A stretch of DNA of 64,000 bases from positions 21,018,001 through 21,082,000 of the forward strand of contig OX597840.1 of NCBI GenBank assembly GCA_951406725.2, given 5' to 3'. The notes below the pieces were generated by a model that saw only the letters and a program-made list of their open reading frames with translations, was not told the DNA's origin and made no database searches. The position numbers were made by a program, and so were the translations under genes. Shown here one piece after another: positions 1 to 12,530 of the stretch. Position 1 is the stretch's first letter, and every line of letters starts with the position of its first letter. Source of the DNA: Octopus vulgaris (Eukaryota).

Positions 1-3000
1 TAAACTGGGTTATATTATTATTATTATTCTACTGATTATTGTGGGTGTTATTTGTGTAAAATACATTTGGTAACATAAGTATTATTTTTCTTGTGGCTGC
101 ATCCCCAAATATTTAACCTAAATAACATACATACACACACACACACATGTATATATACACGCATGCACACACACACACACACACACATGTATATACACAC
201 GCATGCACACACACACACATGTATATATACACGCATATATGTACACACACACATGTATATATACACGCATATATGTACATACACACTTGAGTAACAATGC
301 AAGAAGTACTAAATTCAAACACAAGTTTACAGTATTCTGGAGGGGGGCTATATATATATATACACACACACACATATATATATATACACACCATACTATA
401 TATAGAATAAACAAATAACAAAGATGCATTATCAACGATTTATTCTTTATGCTTTTCCTAATAAAATCCGTAATTATTCCATTGCATTTAATTGGTGCTC
501 AACCTCGGAATTACGAATTGTATGTCACATTATATATGAATTGTAAACAATAACGATATATATATATATGGATTGCTATACTGGACAATTTAGTTAGCTG
601 AGTTTGATTTCTAGAGTACTGAATGGGGTATCCACCCGGATATATTTATTTCCCTATTTTCCCATACTTATACCATATATATATATATATGTATATCATC
701 ATCATCATCGGACGCTAAACGATGATGATGATGATGATGATATACACACACACACTCAGTCCACTCTGAAAGGTGGTTGGTATTAGGAAGGGCATCCAAC
801 CGTAAAAGTCACCCCCAAAGCACACAGTTGCATCCTGGTGCAGTCTTCTGACTCACTATAAAACCGTCCAACCCATGCCAGCATGGAAAATGGATATTAA
901 ATCATAATGATTATGATATATGCATACATATGAGACAGTGTGTGTGTGTGTGTGCGTTGTTTTAGTCATTAGACTGTGGCCATGCTGGGCAATGTACATA
1001 TATATATTAGTCAATACCAATTTCTGTTTAATATTATCACTTGTATCAGTTATGAAGGGTTGTATCAGTTAAACGCCTGTATGTATTTTGTGTTTGATAT
1101 TTATTTTAGCAACTTTTTTATTTACATGAACTGCTGAGTTACAGGCACACAAAGTAACACCAGTTGTCAGACAGACAGGCACACATTTACATATATCATA
1201 TACACACACAAACATTTATACATACACATACATGTATCTGCATGGATAGATAGATAGATAGATACCCAATAAAAAAATATTTTAAAGCGCTCTTAAGAAT
1301 AATAACTGAGCATTTACTAATGGTGTGGCTAAACTGGGTGGAGTTAAAATATTAGGAACTGTGGAGTCAATAGGTGAAATCTGAAGTCCCAGTCAACTTG
1401 ATCTATATATATGCCTCTGTGTATGTATATACACACACACAAACACACACATGCACCTAACCAACCGTGTGATCTTAGCTCATTCAACCGTGTGTCACCT
1501 TGGGCAAATGTCTTCAACTATTGTTCTAGGCCAACCAAAGCCTTGTGAGAGAGTTGGTAGACGGAAACTGAAAGAATCTTGTCGTATGTGTAAATATGTG
1601 TGTGTGTGCGAGCGCGCGCAACCCACCACCACTTGAAAGAGCCCGTAAATTAGCGGTTCGGCAAAAGTAACCGATAGATTAAGTAGCAGGCTTCAGAAAA
1701 TAAGTTCTGAGGTCAAGAAACACCCTCCAAGGCCGTGCTCCAGCATGGACGCATCCCAATGACTAAAAGTAAAAGACACAGATAGAAGGAGGCGCGCGTG
1801 AACGCACATACATAAAGAGAGACGGGAGGAAGAGGAATATGTTTTGAGAAAACAATTCTAATATAAAAGAGACGACAACCGGCTTCGGAAAGAGATTTAG
1901 ACTGAGACAGACAAAACGGTAGATGCGAGGTAGAGGGGGAGGAGGAGTGAGTGGGTTAAGAAGAGCCGAGAGTGAGCGGCGCGAAATCGACCGCTACACG
2001 TGTTTTGTAAGAGCTGTGTAAACAATGTGAGTGCGAGAGAGGTTTGGGAGGAGAGAGACAGAGAGAGAGAGAGACGAGCGAGGGGGATGAGGAGGAATGA
2101 CAGACAGAGAGGTAAAAATATTGAAGCGGTAGAGGGGGAAAGTAAAAGCAAAGACAGAGAGAGATAGACATACAGAAGAGAGAGGGGGAGAGTGAGGGGG
2201 CATACGGCAGTGTTGAAACTGAACAGCGGTCTTACCAATAGAGCCTCAACTCTTGCTTCTAGTAATGCCTTGTATACAGCATACACACATATATATATGT
2301 GCATACACACACACACACAGACAATTATCAATGAGTTGAATGGTGTTAGAAAATCACACACACACACATGCGTTGATATACTACCACATGTTAAAACCCC
2401 TATTCGACTATTACTATTAACAGGACCCACAAAAATGACGCCTCTTTATCGTTTCCCTTTCGATGCATCACACCGCTTCGTTACGTAACGATCTCCATAA
2501 CGTCTTTCATTTCGTTTCATGTTGTAACAAGAATTCTAGATAATGGCTGATATCGGGTGTATGGAGGGAGTTTCGTGTCTAATGGGAAAATGGTTGTGTC
2601 GAGCTGGGTCACAAAAGCCTTTCTGCGTCGATAGCCAGGAACATGCACACACACACACACATATCCATCCATCTTCTCCGCCCACTATTCCTGAGGGAAG
2701 TTGTAGAGGTAGAGTCGTGAAGCTCTTCTCCTCGGTAGGGCCCCTACCTGAAACAACAGCCCTTACACTTTCCAGTTGGGTTCCCAAGCACGACCAACTC
2801 ACACTATGGATATTAATCCAACCACCTCATTCTTGGTCCACCCCTACGTCTCCTGCCGGTTGGCTCAGCCTGAAGAATACATCTTGTGATTCCTTCCTGC
2901 ATCATTCTAATCACATGGCCCTAATTTTTTTAAAATTATTATTATTGCCAGGTTCCAACCCAGGCCGCAGCAACAAAGTCTACCTGCCCCACTTCTCGGT

Positions 3001-3821
3001 TCATCATCACTGCCTCAAGACCCTGGCTACATACTAGGCTAGTGTCTGCAATCAAGTTATTGGTGTGTGACGTTTTCTTCTTACAAACACCATCAAAGCG
3101 AGCACCACAAGGCTAATTTCGATACTTCCAGTTCAGGGTTGCACATGCAATGACGAGATAGTCACAGCCGTCTTTGCCTATCTTCTTCGCTAACTTTCAG
3201 CAGGTCTCCATAAAAGCATTCATTTGTTATATGCTGCTGCCCTTTCACATTTAGCATCCATTTAGCCTGTTTGGTAATTTCTTTATCAGTGTCTATGTTT
3301 CATTGCCATATAATAGCAAGCAATGGCCATGAATACCTGAAGCTGTGACTTCCCAATGCAGAGAAGTATTGGCTGAACCCGGAGGGACTCCCTATCTCCA
3401 AGCCATGCACCCTGTCAAATGACATTATTCCAGAGACCCTTCAGAGGAATCCGATTTTGGCCACTTGCATTCATGATCATATCCATTCGGTCATTACCTA
3501 ACGTTGATGTCTTATAGGCAGACCAAGGAGTTCCTTATTTTATGAGTGCAGATGTGGCCTGAGGACGATTTCACTGTTATCTTACAACTTGTTATGAAGC
3601 GGAGAGGCTCTTCCATTGGACCATAAGCTTTCTGAAGCTGTCAGCTTTGAGGACCATCTTACAATGAATGCATGTTTAGTTACCGTCATCCAACTGGAAC
3701 AGTGCTGAGTTGTTAGAGAAACAGCTTGTTTGCGCCAAGCACAGCTCATCTATTACCAATTGGACTTTATCAAGACAGTGTATCTTTCACACAGTAACAT
3801 GTGATCACATATATACAACAA

Positions 3822-4150
3822 CAAGAGCACTCCGTCGGTTGCGACGACGAGGGTCCCAGCTGATACGATCAACGGAACAGCTTGCTCGTGAAATTAACGT
3901 GCAAGTGGCTGAGCACGCCACAGACACGTGTACCCTTAACGTAGTTCTCAGGGAGATTCAACGTGACACAGAGTGTGACAAGGCTGGCCCTTTGAAATAC
4001 AGGTACTACTCTCTTTTGCCAGCTGAGTGGACTGGAGCAATGTGGAATAAAGCATCTTGCACAAAGACACAACGCGCCGCCGGGAATTGAACTCACGACC
4101 TTACGATCATGAGCAGAATGCCCCTAACCACTAAGCCACGCGCCTTCACA
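3822..4150 (-). mobile_element. SINE related to family 3 (same 3' module)
   Basis: Shares gcactccgtcggtt...ggccctttgaaatacaggtac with 50607-50996 and has a tRNA-like head. Related pieces at 8735-8960, 10080-10400, 13080-13330, 14480-14710, 21390-21640, 44610-44845. Confidence 0.8.
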
Positions 4151-4761
4151 ATCACATATATAACCATTCTACTCACAAATCTACCATTTTCCAATTGCAT
4201 CCAAACCATTCATATAATCAAGAAAAAAAAAACAATCAAGTATATTTTCACTATCATCATTTAACGTCCACTTTTCCATGTTTGCATGGGTGAGAGGAGA
4301 TTTATTGAAGCAGATATTCCACAGCTGCATGCTCTTCCTGTCACCAACTCTCATGCTTCCAAGCAAAATAATATCTTTCCATGGCCAGACAGGTTTCCCG
4401 CAGGAAATGAACAACACTGCTTCTATGACAAATAATGCTCATTTACAATGATCCCTTGATATCAAGACAAAGGTACGAACAAATGTACATATATATATAT
4501 ATATATATATACAATGGGCTTCTTTCAGTTTCCATCTAACATATCCATTCACAAGCCACACAGTGGGACTGAACTTGAGAACACATGGTGAGGAAGCAAG
4601 CTTTTGAACCACACAGCCAGGCTTCAACATAACACCTATTTGATCAAACCTATTTGCATTTACAGACTTTCTTCCACCTGAGGATGTAGCTTCAATTCTG
4701 CAGAATTTCAAAAAGATTTTTGACATTTTGCATTGATGCAGACATGTAAATAATTCATTTA

Positions 4762-5155
4762 TCACTATATATATAAAGCTGAAGTTGTCTGTGTATGGCA
4801 GGTTTGGTAGCCTTCAACTAACACTATCTCCTCCAAGACCCTGCAGCACAAGTTGACCAAAATTGAGAGTATGATAATAGAAGGCTTGCTCTTCATTCCG
4901 TAGAAGAAAAAATTCAAATCGGACCATGTTAACACCAAAAATTATTTACATCAAAAAGATGCTTTTTTTCTATGAAAATCCCTATTTTTTACGATTTTTT
5001 TACTGCTGTGTCGCCGTTTTTCGGTGTATTTCAACCAGAAAAATGTTCACTTAAAGAGAATATAACAAGATACATAATGCAAAACTTTTACTTTTCAAAA
5101 ATTCCAATTCTAAAGGGTCAAAACAAACCCAAGCAATGCCGGGCGATACTGCTAG
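4762..5155 (+). mobile_element. Non-autonomous Helitron
   Basis: Starts A|TC(actatatatataaa). Ends with the GC hairpin cccaagcaatgccggg followed by CTAG|T. No TSD. Confidence 0.75.
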
Positions 5156-5948
5156 TTATTAAATATAGTAATATAAATTAATATTTGAATTGATATTTGA
5201 ATTTTCTTATTGTTAAATAAAATTTCATCAAACTATTTCTCTATCCTTTATGACTTTATACACTCCATGTCGTTTTCTCTTCTATGCATTCTAAATGCTT
5301 TGCAGAATGATACATTTTTTTTATGAGTACCACCAGATTACTTGGATCCATATATTGTGACAATAAATAAATAACTAAATATATATATTCTTTTCTACTC
5401 TAGGCACAAGGCCTGAAATTTTGGGGGAGGGGGCCAGTTGATTAGATCGTGGTACTTAATTTATCAACCCCAAAAGGATACAAGGCAAATTTGACCCCAG
5501 CAGGATTTGAACTCAGAACGTAAAGACACATGAAATACCGCTAAGCATTTCGCCCGGCGTGCTAACAATTCTGCCAGCTCCCCTTTATATATATATATAA
5601 TAAAGTGTAGGAAAAATTATAGATATTTTTTCTACCAGTGGCCTAGCATGTAAACAAAGTTGATAGACATATTTTTCATATAAAACTACAGCACATTTAA
5701 ACATGAAAAAGAGGTGAGCCATAACAGGTCACATTACATGCTAGAAGGAACATATATATATATATATATATATGAATAAATGAAAGAATTTATTCATATA
5801 CAACACACAAATTTCTACACATGAACCCGGAGTTTCTACCCTTTACAGGTCGCTTCAACCGTGTTTTCTGACGTGAATTTGCTACCCAGGTTTCGGTTCA
5901 ACGAATTTTCCATGCTGACGATAAACATAGGATAATTCATTCACCTAC

Positions 5949-5981
<33 letters not shown>

Positions 5982-6429
5982 AAATTTAAATTTTGTATGT
6001 AAGAATATTTTAATCTTCGGATTTTTTTAATATGCTGGGCCACTGGTTTTAATTGATTAATATCAATTTCTACCCTTATTCAATTTTAAATATATATATA
6101 TATATACACATACTGTACAAGACAGCCACTTTGGCATTGCTGATTTGACATCAGATGTTTGAATATTTCATTCTCTCCAGCAATGTTTATGCATGTGAGC
6201 ATATGTGTATGAGAAGAGGGGAAGTGTTCATTCCAGTTGTGTTCATTAATAAATTGTAAGGACACTCTCACTCTCCCTATCTATGTCTATTTCCACACAC
6301 ATGTGCAAGTGTGTCCGTCCGTGTGTGCTTGACTCCAATACCAAAACATCACCAAAACAGGTTGCATGTCCAGTCAGCCATGCCACATTGTCAGTATTCC
6401 AACAGCTGTGTCCAATCATCACATCCCAA

Positions 6430-6468
<39 letters not shown>

Positions 6469-6910
6469 ACTGACCAATGAATGCAAACGCTTGTCATGTG
6501 ATTCGCTTCTCTACCAAAATATTTGTCTATGTTTATTTGTGTGTTGAGGTTGCATCTCTTTGTCTCAATAAAGCTCCAAAATGAAAATAACTAATGGAAC
6601 TGATATGTTCAACTAAAACTTTTAGGAACACCAACATCATGTGCGCAGGATGCTCGGAAGGTAGAACTGTGAGCATTTCCATCTTTTCAACCAACAAAAT
6701 CCATTCACCACTAATTACTGTTGATGTGCTCAGCCAGATACACACACACACACACAACACAAATGTTTGTACAAATGAAAGAAAAGAACATTTAACACAT
6801 TCAAAAAGTTAAACATTCATATCAACTTCCATAGTGTGTGTGTGTGTGTGTGTGTGTGTTATAGAACAAACACATTTGGTTTAGACAAGAAGAAAAACAA
6901 GTACTTAAAG

Positions 6911-7105
6911 TAGTGTTTTTCAAACTTTTTGCTGGAGCGGAACCCCAAGGAAACATTCCACTGGCTCGAGGAACCCCTGTGCAATAATTTAATAGTCTTA
7001 TACACACATATCTGCACAGGAGATTAAAAAATTACTGCCAATTTTAGCAGTTCTGTAACTTCTTGTGGAACCCCAGGACTGTACTAGTGTGGTTGAAAAC
7101 CACTG
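6911..7105. mobile_element. hAT MITE, inverted copy of the 51013-51231 family
   Basis: Same interior in reverse complement. TSD acttaaag/gcttaaag. Confidence 0.85.
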
Positions 7106-8107
7106 GCTTAAAGCAAGACGCAAACTACTATCATATTTCTTGGAATCTGAAAAACTTATCTGTTACTCCAAATTTCAGATCCTCAATCCTTGAACAGTGT
7201 ATGGTGTGTGTGTGTATGTATGTGTAATTTTAATGAAGGAATGGGGAAGTTGAGATAAACTTACATATATTTCCATAAACAAACATTTATTTTATAATAC
7301 ATACAATTATTGATATTTACACTGCAAAGATTATAATAAATTTATTTGTTATACAAGCCAAGGATTTGCAGTGTTCCACTATTAACTAGCTAATGAATAA
7401 TCATTCTTTAGCTGATTAAAAGCTGTAATTTTTACACCACTGTTTGAGCACTTTGCTAGCCAGGTTCTTGCATGAAGAGCTACTAAAGTGATCACCTTTT
7501 TAATTTTCTAATTATCCCCATAATTAGTATGTATGGGTGTGTGCATGTATGTATGTATGTACACATATATGAGCACAAACAAAAGGCCAATCATGTGTAG
7601 AAGGCAGTGGCATAGATAAATTTACAAAAGATTAACCCACTTCACACCAACCTGCCCGAGACTAGGGTAGTCCTGTGATAAAAACTGACTGCTTAAAATA
7701 TCTAAATGAAAACCATTCAAAATTTCATGGTGATATACATTCCAAACACCAGCTTCATAATGACAATGTTACATTACCAAATTCTTTATTTTCAACAGAA
7801 ATATTTCAATGAAAAGATTAAAATATTAAAAAATGGGAGTGGATTGTTGTTACTGAGAACCAGATCATGTACTGCCATGATTAAAGGCCTTCCAGCTGTG
7901 AGATTCAAGGGGTTTTGTACATATAGGGTTACGCTGTCTAATGTCCTTCCATTTTTAAGACAGGATCTCATTCAAGATGGCTTGGAGACACCTTCATTGG
8001 AAAATAACGACCAAAGAAGATGATAACGGCGATGGTAAAGATGTTGATAGAAGTCCAAGAGATGAAATGCTTTAATTGCAAATAATAACAAAGCTGAGTG
8101 ATCTTAC

Positions 8108-8201
8108 CTTTTGCCACCCTCCAAAAGAGATAACACGGCGATACAGCAGGTAAAGGTCAACATCACGGCCAGCAATTTGTGGGATTTTCTGGAATGGTGT
8201 C
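8108..8201 (-). CDS. ARID2: ARID2 second coding exon (94 nt), ARID domain: (G)TPFQKIPQIAGRDVDLYLLYRRVISFGGWQK
   Basis: Acceptor tttttgcag|G and donor AAG|gtaaga. The peptide aligns to human ARID2 [31 protein letters not shown]. In frame with exon 26940-27031. Confidence 0.92.
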
Positions 8202-8256
8202 CTGCAAAAATAAACACAATACATCACATATATGCACATGAATATATATATATATA

Positions 8257-8482
8257 CCGGAGTAAACACATAAATGTGAAACAAGGTGGAAAAAAGAGTA
8301 CTCAAATACCAGTGATAGAGTAATATGCTTTATTTAAAGCAGCAGAAAATTCAACAAAATCTGTTACTCTGAGTTTCCAGTTGCCGTTCGTCGGACAGTT
8401 TTTGCTAGAATCTAACAAAAACTGACGAACGGCAAACTCAGAGTAACAGGTTTTGTTGAATTTTCTGCTGCTTTAAATAAAG
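8257..8482 (-). mobile_element. Penelope-pLTR-like short element, family C, with inverted partial duplication
   Basis: Arms 8328-8405 and 8415-8482 are reverse complements. Other copies at 23082-23231 and 47203-47306. All lie between TA tracts. Confidence 0.7.
8361..8398 (-). ncRNA. Type I hammerhead motif (family C)
   Basis: CTGT CCGACGA ACG-gcaa-CTG GAAA CTCAGAG TA ACAG. The copy at 23187-23223(-) supplies ...GGAA-CGT, giving an inferred consensus stem II ACG-GNAA-CGT. Confidence 0.6.
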
Positions 8483-8509
<27 letters not shown>

Positions 8510-8513
<4 letters not shown>

Positions 8514-8650
8514 GGGAAGGTTTACGAAAATAAACAAAAGACGAAGACAGGTGGAGTACAAACAAACAAATGTATTAGTATGGCGCTCAGGAATAGAAAT
8601 AGACCAAGTCTTTTACATTTCGAGCCTACGCTCTTCGACAGAAAGATACA
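8510..8650 (-). mobile_element. Penelope-pLTR-like short element, family B
   Basis: TA-flanked and carries hammerhead 8609-8646. A 3' piece recurs inverted at 24001-24069. Confidence 0.6.
8609..8646 (-). ncRNA. Type I hammerhead motif (family B), A6U variant
   Basis: TCTTT CTGTCGA A GAGC-gtag-GCTC GAAA TG TA AAAGA: 5-bp stem I and 4-bp stem II. Confidence 0.55.
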
Positions 8651-9075
8651 CATATATATACACAGAAAAGTTTTTGCATTTTGAAGAGATTAACACCATC
8701 GATTTTACTTTTAATGTACAATACAACTGGCACAACAACAGTTACGAGTTCCAGCTGATCCAATCAACAGAAGAACTGCCTGCTCGTGAAATTAAGGTGT
8801 AAGGGGCTGAGCACTCCACAGATACATGCACCCTTAACATAGTTTTGAAGGAGATTCAGCATGACACTGAATGGGAAAAGGCTGGCCCTTTCAAATACAG
8901 ATTCTACTCATTTTTGTCAGCTGAAGCAATGTGCCACAGGGAAATGGAACTCACAATCTTATAACTGTGAAACATATACATACATACACATATTTTTATA
9001 TACACACACACACACATTTTTATATACACACACACACACACACACATATTTTTATATACACACACACACACTATA

Positions 9076-9296
9076 AGGCGAGCTGGCAGAAACGTTAGCA
9101 CGTCGGGCAAAATGTGTAGCCATATTTCGTCTGCCGTTATGTTGTGAGTTCAAATTCCGCCAAGGTCGACTTTGCCTTTCATCCTTTTGGGGTCGATTAA
9201 ATAAGTACCAGTTATGCACTGGGGTCGATATAATTGACTTAATCCGTTTGTCTGTCCTTGTTTGTCCTCTCTGTGTTTAGCCCCTTGTGGGTAGGA
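9076..9296 (+). mobile_element. tRNA-derived SINE family 2
   Basis: aggcgagctggcagaa...gagttcaaattccgcc.aggtcgactttgcctttcatcc... Related copies at 5385-5582(-), 32273-32456, 51430-51563, 59225-59370(-), 59760-59915(-). Confidence 0.8.
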
Positions 9297-9328
9297 AAAA
9301 AAAATTTTTTTTAATATATATATATATA

Positions 9329-9715
9329 GGCGTAGGAGTGGCTGTGTGGCAAGTAGCTTGTTTACCAACCACATAGTTCCAGGTTCAGTCCCACTGCGTG
9401 ACACCTTGGGCAAGTGTCTTCTACTATAGCCTCGGGCTGACCAAAGCCTTGTGAGTGGATTTGGTAGACGGAAACTGAAAGAAGCCTGTCGTATATATGT
9501 ATGTGTGTGTGCGTGTATGTTTGTGTTTGTCTCCCTAGCATTGCTTGACAATCGATGCTGATGTGTTTGTGTCCCCGTTACTTGGCGGTTCGGCAAAAGA
9601 GACCGATAGAATAAGTACTGGACTTACAAAAGAATAAGTCCCGGAGTCAAGTTGCTCGATTAAAGGCGGTGCTCCAGCATGGCCGCAGTCAAATGACTGA
9701 AACAAGTAAAAGAGT
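9329..9715 (+). mobile_element. tRNA-derived SINE family 1 (full length, internal TA/TG microsatellite)
   Basis: Head ggcgtaggagtggctgtgtgg...ggttcagtccc (A/B-box-like) and tail ...gactgaaacaagtaaaagag. More than 15 full or partial copies in the window, e.g. 1480-1775, 10790-11085, 37300-37710(-), 37965-38420(-), 39070-39360, 46425-46575. Confidence 0.85.
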
Positions 9716-9849
9716 ATACATACATGAACGAGAAGCGTATGTATGAATGTATCATTCCCATTGTCAGCATACCTTAGACGGGAGGTTATTTGAGGAAGAT
9801 TTTTTTGATAGTCAGATGCTCTTCCTGAGGCCATTTTTATCAGGTAAGA

Positions 9850-10060
9850 GAATTGAGGTTCTACTGGGGTTTCTCACAGGCAACAAGTGGACCCATGCTG
9901 TTGCTAAGTGGCTTCCAAGGGATTGGAAAAAGCCACTCAGAAAGCTGCCATCACATAACGAAGATGGGTTATTTAAGCAATTTGATACAAGATGGAAAAA
10001 AACAATGGTACAAATTGGAAGCAATATTATGACCCAGCAGTGTTTAACAACACCTGATAG
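9850..10060 (+). mobile_element. Decayed RTE-like LINE C-terminal fragment
   Basis: NKWT.AV..WLPRD.K.P..K.P resembles the RTE RW...V.EW.PR..KR..GRP motif. Confidence 0.5.
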
Positions 10061-11082
10061 TCTGGTTAATAGTGATTATATATATAGCATCAGGTTCACA
10101 ATCATGGGGTAGTGAGTTCGATTCCTGGACCTGGCTCTGTGTTATGTTCTTGAGCAAGACACTTTATTTCATGTTGCTCCAGATTACTCAGTTGTAGAAA
10201 TGAGTTGTGACATCACCGGTGCCAAGCTGTACAGGCCTTTGCTTTTCCCTTGAATAACATTATTGGCATAGAGAGGGGAGGCTGGTATGCGTGGGCGACT
10301 GCTGGTCTTCTATAAACAACCTTGTTCGGACTTGTGCCTCAGAGGGTAATTTTCTAGGTGCAATCCATGGCTGTTCATAACCAAAGGGGGTCTTTACACT
10401 TATATATATATATATGTCTTCCCTTCTCTGGATCTTTCCTTCTCCTATGTTTCCGACGAAGAGCTACACTCGAAAAGTTAAACCCTCCTTCTTCCCTTCT
10501 TTCCTGAGCGTCCAATAATACTATATTTGTTCCACGTCCTCGCGTTGTTGTGTTTTTTTTGTGCTTTCATGTTTGGATTAACTTTATATATATATATATA
10601 TACACACATACAGAGGGAGAGGTTATGTTTAAAATTAAAGTTTAGATAAGAGGCTTTAAAACGTAGTATGCAAACGTTGTCTTGGCTATGTCCCCAGCAG
10701 TGTGCCTCAAGAGAACAATCACCAGGCCTCATCTGCAGTACTGCACTTTAATCACAGTACCATGGATGATGCTTATCAATTAGGCACCATGGGCAAGTGT
10801 CTTCTACTATAGCTTCGCGCTGACCAAAGCTTTGTGAGTAGATTTTGTAGACGGAAACTGAAAGAAGCCCATCATATATACATGTATGTGTGTGTATCTG
10901 TGATTGTCCCCCTAACGTAGCTTGACAACCGATGCCAGTGAGTTTACGGCCCCATAACTTAGCAATTTGGCAAAAGTGGCCAACAGAATAACTGGTAGGC
11001 TTGCAAAGAATAAGTCCTAGTGTTGATTTGCACGACTAAAAGGTGGTGCTCCAGCACAGCCACAGTCAAATGAATGAAACAA

Positions 11083-11120
<38 letters not shown>

Positions 11121-11963
11121 TACACACATGTGCACATATTTAGAAAGTTATAGGAATATATCATCATCAAGATCCCTTAACTGATGCAGCCAGTCATTGG
11201 GTACCACTCCAGATGCTTTCCAATGCTGCTATGTTGTGACTTGTCCAATCCTTGTCGACACAGGTTTTTTCTCTCTACCTAACTTTTGCCCAAACCAAAC
11301 TGTGGTCTGAAGAATGGTTTTGGACAGGGAGTTGTGGCTTTTGCCTTTTAACCCACACAAGGAGTGGTTCCTCTCAGCCAGACTATTTGTTGATTTGCTG
11401 CCTGACAAAGCAGTTCAATTTGTGTTCTGTGTATAGGATGTGTGACAGCCTTATACTCAAATGTCTGGACCCTTCACTCCATATCAGCTGTAAAAGTCCA
11501 GCTATCACACCAGTACAGAAGGATCGATGTCACCAGGGTTTTGTACATTGAGTTTTGTAGAAAAACTTATGAAAATGCATTAAATTGTAATTCAGCCTTT
11601 GTGATATGTATTATTACCAACAATAGCTGTGTGGTTAAGCAGATCATTTGGCAACCTTATGGTTTCGAATTATCCTCAAATACAAAATCCCTTGAGCAGC
11701 ATTTTTTTGCAACACCATCACAGCAAACAATGCCTTCTGAGGGAATTTGATAGATGCAATATGTACAAACATGCACAATAAAACACACACAGTCACACAC
11801 ATAAAATCCATATATACATGTACATGTGCATATATATGACATATTTATATATATACATGCATACATATAAACATGCACACACATATATATGTATATAGGT
11901 GTATGTATAAACGTGTGTGCATATATATATATATACATGTATGTATATGTATATATGAATGTG

Positions 11964-12027
<64 letters not shown>

Positions 12028-12029
12028 CA

Positions 12030-12530
12030 AGGGCAGGTTATTTTGAGAACTTCATATCACCAGAGATCCTGGTCCCTAGTCATCTCTCCTGTGAGGCTCA
12101 GGTGCAGAGGTCGACTTTCACAACATCATCCCATGTCTTCCTGGGTCTCCCTCTTCTGCAAGTTCCATCCACATTTAGCAATTGGCACTTCTTTACACAG
12201 CTGCCCTCATCCATATGCATCACGTGTCCACACCAGCACAGTTTTCTTTCTTTAACACATCTGATTCCTCTTAGGCTCAGTTTTTTAGTCAGCATTTTTG
12301 CACTAAATCATCTGAAGCAAACTCACACTGCACATCCAAGGGAGCATGCTCACTTCATTTCTTTCCGATCTTTGCAAGTCCTCTGCATTCAAGGCCCATG
12401 TCTCATTACCATGCAGCACTACAGTTCCAATGCAAGCATCATGCAGTCTTAGAGAAAAGATCTTTGTTGCAAGCAGTGGCAATAGCTCACTGAACTTTCT
12501 ATCTAGCTACTATACTTTCAGAGCAACCAC
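12030..12530 (-). mobile_element. RTE-clade LINE ORF C-terminal fragment
   Basis: RKLCWCGHVMHMD..SCVKKC...V.GT..RGRPRKTWDDVV..DL is the typical RTE C-terminus. Confidence 0.8.

Noticed and set aside
288-347. Minus-strand peptide SPPPEYCKLVFEF resembling ARID2 SPNDYNKLVLSL
   Set aside because: Similarity stops after a few residues (no LLSGLPNE), splice signals are poor, and the intervening ARID exons are absent.
7385-7496. Minus-strand frame VITLV...CSNSG...LKNDY as candidate ARID2 exon 3
   Set aside because: Purine-rich acceptor, runs into a stop without a donor, and does not align convincingly to the ARID helices.
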